IMG/VR virus record: IMGVR_UViG_3300016472_000794
Coordinates: 1 to 55,803 of that record
Length of the DNA stretch: 55,803 bases
DNA from: a virus
Lineage: Duplodnaviria; Caudoviricetes
Reading direction: 5' to 3' (one strand)
Made by a program: the position numbers and the translations under genes. Below are positions 45,167 to 53,100 of the stretch, piece after piece (the stretch's first letter is position 1; each line of letters begins with the position of its first letter). The notes beneath the pieces are model-generated. The model was not told where the DNA came from. It ran no database searches and worked only from the letters and a program-made list of their open reading frames with translations.

Positions 45167-46617
45167 GAATCCCCTTCTCCGCCTGGACACCGGACGCCGC
45201 GGTGCTTGGTCGTGGCCGTCTGCGGGAGGCGCGCAACATCATTCCGCGCGCCGAGCACTATGAGCCGTTCTACAATCTGGTGACGAGCGGCGCCGCGCTC
45301 GATGCGCGCGGACGCGGGCTTGCGGCCTACAAGGACCAGGCCGGGGTCGCTCACCAGTATGCCGGCGACGCCGCGAAACTGTACGAGCGGGCCAGCGACG
45401 GCACCTGGTCCGATGTCAGCAAGGTTGGCGGCTATACGAGCACCGAAAGCTCCCGCTGGCGGTTCGCCCAGTTCGGCGATCTGTGCCTCGCCACGAATGG
45501 TCAGGACCCAGTGCAGTCTGTCGCAATGTCCGGCGCGCCGGGCTTCGCAAACCTTGCGGGCTCGCCGCCTGTGGCGCAGTTCATTGCAGCGTTCGACAAT
45601 TTCGTCTTTCTCGGCAATCTCGGCAGCAGCGCCTTCGGCTATCGCAACAGCTCGATCAATGACGCGACTGCCTGGGTCAATGGCGTCGACCAAGCGTCCG
45701 AGGGCGAGTTTCCAAAGGGCGGCGAGATCACGGGGCTTGTGTCCAACACGACCTCCCTCTTCTTCTTTCAGCAGACCATGATCCGGCGGGCGATCTACAC
45801 CGGCGGCCCGCTCATCTTCGACATTCAGCCCATCGAGGAAGAGCGCGGCTGCGCGGCGCCCGGGAGCATTGCAAGTTTCGGACAGTTCACCTTCTTCCTG
45901 GCGGAGGACGGGTTCTACCAGCTCACCGACGCCGGCGCGCAGCCCATCGGCGACGGGGTCGTCGACAAGTGGTTTCAGGCGGATTCACAGCGCGATTTCT
46001 GGTACCGGATGTCGAGCACCATTGACCCGTTCAACAAGCTCTACATCGTCGCGTACCCCTCGACGTCCAGCGTCAGCGGCGCGCCCGACTCGCTGCTGAT
46101 CTATAACTGGACGGTCGGGCGGTTCGCTTATGCGCGCCTGCCTGTGGAGGTGCTCTCCAGCATCATCGCGCTGTCGACGACACTGGAGGATCTCGACGCG
46201 ATCTACGGCAATCTCGACGCCATCCCGATCTCCCTGGATGACCCGCTGCTCTCCGGCGGCGTGCTGACGCTCGGCGCCATCGGCGCCGACCGAAAGCTCG
46301 GCTCCTTCTCCGGCGCGGCGCTGGAGGCCCTGATTGAGACGGATGATGTGCTTGGTCCTGAGGGCCTGGTGCAATTCATCACGGGCGTCATGCCGATGTC
46401 GGATGCGGCGCAGGCTTACGCCGCCGTCGGCGCGCGGATGCGTTCTGCGGACGCGGTGACCTGGTCGACGGAGCGCGCGATGCACCCGCGCTCCGGCGTC
46501 TGCCCTGCCCGCGTGAACGCGCGCTGGGCGCGGTTTCGCCTGCGCCTGCCCGCCGCCACGCAATGGTCGAAACTGGAGGCGCTGGAAGTCTCCATTGGTC
46601 TGGATGGAGAGGTCTGA
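45163..46617 (+). CDS. Tail nozzle / DNA stabilisation protein (P22 gp10-like)
   Basis: WTPD, WRFAQFG, RGCAAPGSI, FFLAEDGFY, PIG...VDKWF; beta-propeller-like. Confidence 0.8.
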   Translation: MRIPFSAWTPDAAVLGRGRLREARNIIPRAEHYEPFYNLVTSGAALDARGRGLAAYKDQAGVAHQYAGDAAKLYERASDGTWSDVSKVGGYTSTESSRWRFAQFGDLCLATNGQDPVQSVAMSGAPGFANLAGSPPVAQFIAAFDNFVFLGNLGSSAFGYRNSSINDATAWVNGVDQASEGEFPKGGEITGLVSNTTSLFFFQQTMIRRAIYTGGPLIFDIQPIEEERGCAAPGSIASFGQFTFFLAEDGFYQLTDAGAQPIGDGVVDKWFQADSQRDFWYRMSSTIDPFNKLYIVAYPSTSSVSGAPDSLLIYNWTVGRFAYARLPVEVLSSIIALSTTLEDLDAIYGNLDAIPISLDDPLLSGGVLTLGAIGADRKLGSFSGAALEALIETDDVLGPEGLVQFITGVMPMSDAAQAYAAVGARMRSADAVTWSTERAMHPRSGVCPARVNARWARFRLRLPAATQWSKLEALEVSIGLDGEV

Positions 46618-46715
46618 TGGCGTCGCCGATTGGACGTGTTGCCGGGGAGCTGACGGGCGGCGCGGGCGGCGCACTTGGCGCGCTCAACGCGCAAAGCGAG
46701 CGGCGTCAGGCATAA
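46617..46715 (+). CDS. 32-aa tag-only micro-ORF (not in the ORF track)
   Basis: MASPIGRVAGELTGGAGGALGALNAQSERRQA; TGATG coupling and GGAGAGG RBS. Confidence 0.6.
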   Translation: MASPIGRVAGELTGGAGGALGALNAQSERRQA

Positions 46716-46735
46716 TAGCGCGCAGGGAGGTTTTC

Positions 46736-47299
46736 ATGGTCGGACCCACATCAGGCTTGGCGCGCAGCGCGGGACGCGCCTGGATGCGCGGCGCGGGCGC
46801 GATTGGAGGAGACTGGATGCGCGGCGCGGGCGTCATCAGCGACGCGGCGCGGGCCGGCGCGGCGCGCCTGGAGCGCGCGCTGCCGAGCGGCGTGCTTGCG
46901 GCCCTTGAGCGCCAGCGCAGCGCGCCGGGCAAGGTTGGCGTCGTCGGCGGCGCCGATCTGAGCGGCTGGCGCGAGGGCGGATTCATGGGCGCCGCGCCCA
47001 TGCGGGAGCTGCCGGAAGAGGCGGACTGGATGCTGGCCGTTCAGCCCGGCAATCTGCGCCTTGGTCCGCGTACGGCGACCGCCGCCGGCGTCGGCGCCCT
47101 GGCGCTGTCCCTGCCCTTCGCAACCGATGACTGGCTTGACGAAAGCCGGGTCAACGAGCTGCGCGCCATCAACGAGCGCGCGCGCCGCAAGGAGCGCCAG
47201 GCGCAGGACTATGACCCCCGCGAGCTGGCGCTGATCTCGTTTGAGGAAGAGCGCCAGCGTCAGCTCTCCGAACGCCAGCGCGAGGGGATGTATCGGTGA
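46736..47299 (+). CDS. Hypothetical protein, probable tagged-cargo family
   Basis: GGGAGG RBS; GVLAALERQR and AAGVGALALSL segments. Confidence 0.6.
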   Translation: MVGPTSGLARSAGRAWMRGAGAIGGDWMRGAGVISDAARAGAARLERALPSGVLAALERQRSAPGKVGVVGGADLSGWREGGFMGAAPMRELPEEADWMLAVQPGNLRLGPRTATAAGVGALALSLPFATDDWLDESRVNELRAINERARRKERQAQDYDPRELALISFEEERQRQLSERQREGMYR

Positions 47300-47610
47300 C
47301 AGCGTCGCGGCAGATCCCCCCGACCGGCGCCGTATCGCCGCGTCGTCTCGCTGATGCGATCAACGCCGCGCTGCAGGGGCGTATTGAATCACGCGGGTCC
47401 GTGACCCTGACGGCCGGCGCAACCACCACGACGGTCGATCATCCGCTGGCCCATGCGGAGAGCGTGATCCTGCTGATGCCCACGACGGCCAACGCCGCGG
47501 CGGCGCTCGCCAATGTCTATGTCTCCGCCAGGGCGAGCCGAACCTTCACGCTGACGCACGCCAACAATGCGCAGGTCGACCGCACGTTTGAGTTCATGGT
47601 GCTGGGATGA
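47296..47610 (+). CDS. Small tail structural protein
   Basis: AINAALQGRI...G.VTLTAGATTTTV...FTLTHANN..DRTF; position after the nozzle gene. Confidence 0.7.
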   Translation: MTASRQIPPTGAVSPRRLADAINAALQGRIESRGSVTLTAGATTTTVDHPLAHAESVILLMPTTANAAAALANVYVSARASRTFTLTHANNAQVDRTFEFMVLG

Positions 47611-48017
47611 CGGTCACCGGCAGACTCTTTGGCGCAATGGGCGCCCTGCTTCGCCGACGCCTTGCGCAACCCGGATGGGCGGAGCATGAGCGCCTTTGGC
47701 GTGCGGCGTTTCTTGATCGACTCGCCAAGGAAGCATCTCGACCGTCGCGCCAAAGGTTGGTTGAGGATCTCGCGAACGGTGTGTCGCGCATGGATTCGCG
47801 CCAGATTGCGATTTTGCCCGCAGACTATCCGTTCAATGACGCAGAGCTGGCGATCTACGTGCCCATGGCGCGGGCGAGATACCGCCTCCTCTCAGACTGG
47901 CAACGCGCAAACAGGGAGTCGTATTCGCCGTCGCTCTCTCCGGCCCTCTATCTTGATGACGACGTGAAGCCCGATCCGTTTGAATATGATTTCCCCAAGC
48001 CATCAATCTGGTCCTGA
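47607..48017 (+). CDS. Hypothetical protein, tagged-cargo family (N-terminal tag)
   Basis: FGAMGALLRRR; ATGA coupling. Confidence 0.55.
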   Translation: MTVTGRLFGAMGALLRRRLAQPGWAEHERLWRAAFLDRLAKEASRPSRQRLVEDLANGVSRMDSRQIAILPADYPFNDAELAIYVPMARARYRLLSDWQRANRESYSPSLSPALYLDDDVKPDPFEYDFPKPSIWS

Positions 48018-48073
48018 GCGTCGCGCTCCGCGGGCCGCTTACGATGACGCTCCTGTCCCACCGAGTCGTCTTC

Positions 48074-48883
48074 ATGCCCACCTCCCCCGCCCGCCGCGCG
48101 CGCCGCGCACCGAAGCCCAAGAAGGCCGTCGCCCATGAACCCGTTCCTGCAATGGTCGAGCCCGATGCTCGCTTCCGGATTTCCGGCGCAGAGCCCGCAG
48201 ATCTTGGACCTGTTTTCTCCGGTCTTCAGTTCGCCGGGCGCGCTGGGCCTATCAGCGGCGGGCGCCCTTGGGCCGATCTCGCCGACGCCGCGCACCCCGC
48301 TGTCGCCGACCAGGACGCCGCCCCCGCCCCCGCCGGTGGAGATCCGGCCGACACCGCGCAATGGCGCGACGACGGGCGTGAGCCGGATCGACTCGCTGGG
48401 CCTGCGCCCGGGCCTGATGCTGCGGTAGCCGAGGACCTGAATCTCATCAACGTGTTCGAGACGTTCGCGGGCGCGCCCGCGGGCGCGCTTGAGCGCTTCA
48501 TTCTCGCGCACGCTGGCGAGATCGGCGCCTATCTCGACCGCGCATGCCGGCGTTCGGGTGGACGCTACACCGCAGAGATCATCCTGCGTCACGTCCTGCA
48601 GGGCGGCATGGGCCTGTGGCTTGTGCTCGGCGCCGAAACGGGCCGCCTGCGCGGCGTCATGGCGACGTGCATCCTCACCTACGAAACCGGCCTGCGCGAG
48701 GCGCAGATCTCTGCAGTCGCTGGCGACGGCATCGGCATGCGCCGCCTGCGCGCCTGGATGCCGCTCGTGCTCGACTGGGCAAGGTCGTGGGGCTGCGACG
48801 TCCTGTATTATGAGGGTCGCCGGGCGTTCCTGCGCACGGGGCCGTGGCGCATGCGCGCCTGCTCGGCAGAGATCAGACTCTGA
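48074..48883 (+). CDS. GNAT-like virion assembly protein (P22 gp14/T7 gp13 position); start uncertain
   Basis: C-terminal LWLV...GVMAT...AVAG...WARSWGC....EGR; just before the ejection genes. Confidence 0.65.
   Translation: MPTSPARRARRAPKPKKAVAHEPVPAMVEPDARFRISGAEPADLGPVFSGLQFAGRAGPISGGRPWADLADAAHPAVADQDAAPAPAGGDPADTAQWRDDGREPDRLAGPAPGPDAAVAEDLNLINVFETFAGAPAGALERFILAHAGEIGAYLDRACRRSGGRYTAEIILRHVLQGGMGLWLVLGAETGRLRGVMATCILTYETGLREAQISAVAGDGIGMRRLRAWMPLVLDWARSWGCDVLYYEGRRAFLRTGPWRMRACSAEIRL
48135..48428 (+). CDS. Overlapped 97-aa Pro-rich ORF
   Basis: Better GC3 bias than the enclosing frame by eye; MNPFLQW start and GALGLSAAGALG motif. Confidence 0.5.
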   Translation: MNPFLQWSSPMLASGFPAQSPQILDLFSPVFSSPGALGLSAAGALGPISPTPRTPLSPTRTPPPPPPVEIRPTPRNGATTGVSRIDSLGLRPGLMLR

Positions 48884-48890
48884 GGACGCC

Positions 48891-50213
48891 ATGACGGGAT
48901 CTTCCCGGCCCGCCACGACCACCGTCAGTCAGCAGCAGACGAACGAGCCCTGGTCCGGCGCTCAGCCCGCGCTGAACCTCGCCATGGGCTCGGCGATGTC
49001 GACCTTCAACCAGGGTCCGCCGCAGTATTATCCCGGCAACACCGTCGCGCCGTTCTCGCAGCAGACCGTGTCGGGCATGAACGCGATCCAGAACAACGCC
49101 CAGATGACGGCGCCCTGGGCGCAGACGGCGGCGGGCGGCATCAACGGCATTCTCGGATCAGGGCCGACGCCAGGGACCGGATTTGCGGCCGGCGTCGCCA
49201 GCGGCTTCGGCGCGCGCAATCCGTTCATGGGCGCCACTGCGGCGGCGGCGCGTACACCGAACGCGGGCCTTCAGGCGCTTTCGCCGTGGATGACCGGACA
49301 GGCTGGCGCGAACCCCTTCATCGGCCAGATCGGTAACATTGCCGGCCGGCCGGTGTCCGGCATCGGCACCGATACACTGACCCAGGCCGCAGGCGGCGGT
49401 TTCATCAACAACCCGTTCCTTGACCAGGCGGTGGGCCGCGCGACCGACGCGGTGCGCCAGAACGTCAGCACGATGTTCGCCCGCGGCGGACGGTTTGGGT
49501 CCAGCGCGCACCAGGACGTTCTGCAACAGGGCGTCGGCGACGTCGCCAGCCAGATGTACGGCCAGGCGTACCAGAGCGACATGGCCAACCGCATGGGTGC
49601 GGCGGGCCAGCTCGCCGGCTACGAGCAGGGTAATGTCGACCGGCAGCTGCAGGCGGCCAATGCGCAGGCGGGGCTTGCCGAACAGGGAATCGGGCGCCAG
49701 TACGATGCCGCGACCCTGATGCCCGCCTATTTCGAGCAGGGCCTCAATCGCGCACTGAGCGGCTTTGGTCAGGCTGGCAACATGTTCTCCACCGGCGTCA
49801 ATCAATCCCTCGGCGCCTTCGGCGCTCTGGGCGACGATTTCGCCTCGCGCTCGGGCACGACCCTCAACGCCATCGGCGCCATGCCGGGCGTCTACGACTT
49901 CGCCAATCAGGGTGCGCGCGACATCATGGGCGTGGGCTCGATGCTGGAGGGCTACGACCAGGCCCAGATCGACGCCGACCGCGCGCGCTGGGATTACACC
50001 CAGAACGCCGACCGCTCCAACATCGAGTGGCTCAACGCCATCGCGACCGGCCAGGGGCAGCTTGGCGGCACCAGCTACGGAACGCAGCAGGTGCCGTTCC
50101 AGCGGCAGAATCCCTTCTTGCAGGGCGTGGGCGCACTGGGTAGCATCGGCTCCCTCTTCTCTTCTTCGGCGGGCGGCACGTCCGCCATTGCGGGGATGTC
50201 CGCCTTCCTGTGA
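48891..50213 (+). CDS. DNA ejection/pilot protein
   Basis: GAGGA RBS; TTTVSQ..NEPW..AQP, YYPG.TVAPFS, NPF repeats, GRFGSSAH; Gly/Gln/Ala-rich. Confidence 0.75.
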   Translation: MTGSSRPATTTVSQQQTNEPWSGAQPALNLAMGSAMSTFNQGPPQYYPGNTVAPFSQQTVSGMNAIQNNAQMTAPWAQTAAGGINGILGSGPTPGTGFAAGVASGFGARNPFMGATAAAARTPNAGLQALSPWMTGQAGANPFIGQIGNIAGRPVSGIGTDTLTQAAGGGFINNPFLDQAVGRATDAVRQNVSTMFARGGRFGSSAHQDVLQQGVGDVASQMYGQAYQSDMANRMGAAGQLAGYEQGNVDRQLQAANAQAGLAEQGIGRQYDAATLMPAYFEQGLNRALSGFGQAGNMFSTGVNQSLGAFGALGDDFASRSGTTLNAIGAMPGVYDFANQGARDIMGVGSMLEGYDQAQIDADRARWDYTQNADRSNIEWLNAIATGQGQLGGTSYGTQQVPFQRQNPFLQGVGALGSIGSLFSSSAGGTSAIAGMSAFL

Positions 50214-50932
50214 TGCTGCCTCCCGAAGTCGACACCGCGCTGCATTTCGGCGGCGGCAAGGACAGCCTCGCCACGCTCTATCTGATGCGGGCGCGGTGGC
50301 CGAACCTTGTGGTGGTCTGGATGAATACGGGCGCGGCGTTCGAGGAGACGCGCGCGCAGATGGCGGCGGTGGCCGCCATGGTGCCGCACTTTCTGGAGGT
50401 GCGCAGCGATGTCATCGCCGACATCGCCGAGCACGGGTGGCCGGTCGACGTCGTCCCTGTCTCGCACACCGCGCTTGGCAAGCAGCTGACCGGCGCCGAG
50501 GGGCCCACGCTCCGGCCGTGGACGGAATGCTGCGCCAGCAACATCTGGTTGCCCATGTATGCGCGCATGCGCGAGCTGGGCATCAAGCGCATCATCCGCG
50601 GGCAGCGGAACGACGAGCCGTATCGCAACCGCAACCTGCGCGACGGCCTGGCGCTGGACGGCTTCATCTATGAGTTCCCCCTCGCCCAGTGGAGCGAGGA
50701 CGAGGTGTTTCGATATCTCGATGCCCTAGGCGTTGGTGTGCCGGCCTATTACGACGAGGTGAAATCCTCGCTCGACTGCTGGTGCTGCACGGCCTTTCTC
50801 GACGTCAAGGATGCGCAGGTCCGTTATCTGCAGCGCCACCATCCGGAGCGCTATACTGTGGTCGCGGCGGCGCTCGCCGCAGCGCGAGACGCGGTTGCGG
50901 ATGCGAGCGCTCCGTTGATGGAGGAGGTCTGA
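50210..50932 (+). CDS. PAPS-reductase-family (PP-loop) protein
   Basis: FGGGKDS, NTG, ECC, IRGQR..E, PL..WS..EV..YL, SLDCWCC. Confidence 0.85.
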   Translation: MMLPPEVDTALHFGGGKDSLATLYLMRARWPNLVVVWMNTGAAFEETRAQMAAVAAMVPHFLEVRSDVIADIAEHGWPVDVVPVSHTALGKQLTGAEGPTLRPWTECCASNIWLPMYARMRELGIKRIIRGQRNDEPYRNRNLRDGLALDGFIYEFPLAQWSEDEVFRYLDALGVGVPAYYDEVKSSLDCWCCTAFLDVKDAQVRYLQRHHPERYTVVAAALAAARDAVADASAPLMEEV

Positions 50933-52023
50933 TGGGGGCGACAGACTTTGGTGTTCGCGCCGCGCTGCGGCGGGCGGCGCAGGAGGCGGTGCGGCAGCGT
51001 CCCTATGGCGGCGGGCGTCCCGTCATGACCATCGAGCTGAACACCATGCTGCGCGATCCCGGTCGCCGCGCCGCGGAGGCCTTCGCCCGCGCCCGCGCGG
51101 CGGGCGACCCCATGGCGGAGCAATACACGGCCGGCCTTATCCGCGAGATGGAAGACCCCCGCACCAGGGCGGCGTTTGCTGCGGCGCTGGAGGAGGTGGC
51201 GGGCCTGCCCATGCCGAAGGACGCTTATCGCGCGCCGACAGTGCGCGATCCCCTCTCCTCGGCCGGATCGTATGACGGCGCCCTCGCGCCCAACCTCCGG
51301 ATCTCGCTGCCGCCGGACGTCGACATGGACAGGGCGCGGCGGCTCAATGCGGTGCTTGGGCGTGAGCTTGACCAGGCCGCCATGGCGTTTTCGACCCGCC
51401 GCGACGCCTCGCTGTTCGATCCGCCCGGTCCAGACTCGATGCGCGCCTACGGCATTCACGCCGCCTCCGACGGCCCTCTGTCGCCGGATGTGGCGCGCGA
51501 CGTCATGCGCGACCTGCCGGACAATGCGCTCTCGACTTGGCGCAGCGGCCCGCGTTCCTATGTAATGGATATCCACCCCTCCTACGGGGCGGATGGCCCC
51601 GTTGCGCCGGATCTTGGCGCCGTCAAGGGCGCGGCCCAGAATGCTTTCGGCCGGCGCGGCCTGCCCTATCAGGTGCAGGGCGCCGACATCGACTTGCCCC
51701 GGTCGGACTATGTGGAGGCGGAGGACTATGCAGGGCGAATGGCGCCCCCCGACGCCGGAGGAGCTGGCGGGCCTGCCGCTGACCTCGGTGGCGGATTTGC
51801 GCGCGATCCAGCGGGCTCGGGACTCCAATACCCTCGTACCGCCGAGGGATTTCGAGCGCTCCGTGCGCGCCTCGACGCCCGCTGGCAGGCGTTTGCTGAC
51901 GAGATTGCGCGCCGTCATGGCGAGGGCGCCGCTGTGGCGCTGCTTACGGCTCTGGGCGGCGGCGGCGCTCTGGCGGCGTCGCAGCGCGCGCGGGCCGATG
52001 CGCCGACGCTGAGCGCCGCATGA
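50932..52023 (+). CDS. Hypothetical protein, tagged-cargo family
   Basis: GGAGGAGG RBS; GVRAALRRAA and LGGGGALAASQRAR tags. Confidence 0.65.
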   Translation: MGATDFGVRAALRRAAQEAVRQRPYGGGRPVMTIELNTMLRDPGRRAAEAFARARAAGDPMAEQYTAGLIREMEDPRTRAAFAAALEEVAGLPMPKDAYRAPTVRDPLSSAGSYDGALAPNLRISLPPDVDMDRARRLNAVLGRELDQAAMAFSTRRDASLFDPPGPDSMRAYGIHAASDGPLSPDVARDVMRDLPDNALSTWRSGPRSYVMDIHPSYGADGPVAPDLGAVKGAAQNAFGRRGLPYQVQGADIDLPRSDYVEAEDYAGRMAPPDAGGAGGPAADLGGGFARDPAGSGLQYPRTAEGFRALRARLDARWQAFADEIARRHGEGAAVALLTALGGGGALAASQRARADAPTLSAA

Positions 52024-53087
52024 GCGCCGGCGGCTTCCGACGCGCGCTGGCCATCGCCGCGAGATCAGCATCCCCCCTGGAGGCGCTGAACACGCCCCTC
52101 CGCGCCACAACCATGGGGGCGCAGAAGGCGCTGGCGCGCTACAAGCCGCGCAAGGTGCCTGAGCGCATGCGGGATCTCGTGACGAACCCCGAGGTCGAGC
52201 GGCGCATGAACAATGCGATTGAGGAGGGCCGCTCCCTCAGGGCGGATCGCTGGTACGACACCGCGCCGCTCCTTGCGGCGTTCATCAAGGAGCTGGGGCC
52301 GACCGAGGGCAAGGCCGCGTTCGCCCGCTACGCCGACATTGTCGGCCTCACCTCCCCCGGCACAAGCGTGCCGGAGAACCTGCGGCGCGCCTCCTGGGTC
52401 TATGGGCTCGACCGCCGCGGCGAGGCCATGCCCGCCCACGCGCCCTCGCCCTATGGCGTGATGACGGAGAAGACGCAGCGCGGGCTGCTGGACAGCTATT
52501 TCTCGGGCAAGGGATTCCCGCTGACCGCCGCAAAGACCGCGAGCTTTGCGCAGAACGTCCGCGGCAACCAGACGCCCGTTTCCCTCGACCGGCATGCGCT
52601 GCGTCTGCCGGCGATCTTCTCGGGCGACAAGCGGTTCCTGCAGAATTCGGTGCAGGTCGCCGACGACAGTCCGGAGGGCATGACCCGCATCAATCCGCGC
52701 AAGCTGGTCGATGCGGGCCTCATGAATTTCGCGGACGCCTTCGAACAGCCCGCCTACTGGTCCGCGCGCCCTCGCCCGACCGAATACGCCGCGCTGGAGC
52801 AATACTACAGCGACCTCGCCGAGCGACACGGGCTGACGCCTGCACAGGCGCAGGCGGCGGCCTGGGTCGGCGGCGCCGACATCACGGACGTGCGAGACGC
52901 CCGCCCGCTTCTGGAGGCGTTCAAGGATCGCCTAGGCGTGACGGCGCGCGAACGCCAGATCTCCGAGGAAGACGCACTCAGCCGCATGATCCGCGGCGAG
53001 CAGCCGCTGCTCTCGGTTGCGGGCGCGCTTGGCGGCGCGGGCGCGCTTGGCGCCGTGCAGAATGAGCGTCGGTCGCGCCGCGCGTGA
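52020..53087 (+). CDS. HhH DNA-glycosylase-like protein, tagged-cargo family
   Basis: WY, TSP...V..N, KT.SF..N, V.LDRHALR, Y...E.YY..LA...GLTPAQAQAAAWV; C-terminal GALGGAGALGAVQNERR. Confidence 0.65.
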   Translation: MSAGGFRRALAIAARSASPLEALNTPLRATTMGAQKALARYKPRKVPERMRDLVTNPEVERRMNNAIEEGRSLRADRWYDTAPLLAAFIKELGPTEGKAAFARYADIVGLTSPGTSVPENLRRASWVYGLDRRGEAMPAHAPSPYGVMTEKTQRGLLDSYFSGKGFPLTAAKTASFAQNVRGNQTPVSLDRHALRLPAIFSGDKRFLQNSVQVADDSPEGMTRINPRKLVDAGLMNFADAFEQPAYWSARPRPTEYAALEQYYSDLAERHGLTPAQAQAAAWVGGADITDVRDARPLLEAFKDRLGVTARERQISEEDALSRMIRGEQPLLSVAGALGGAGALGAVQNERRSRRA

Positions 53088-53100
53088 TACTCTCGCGGAC

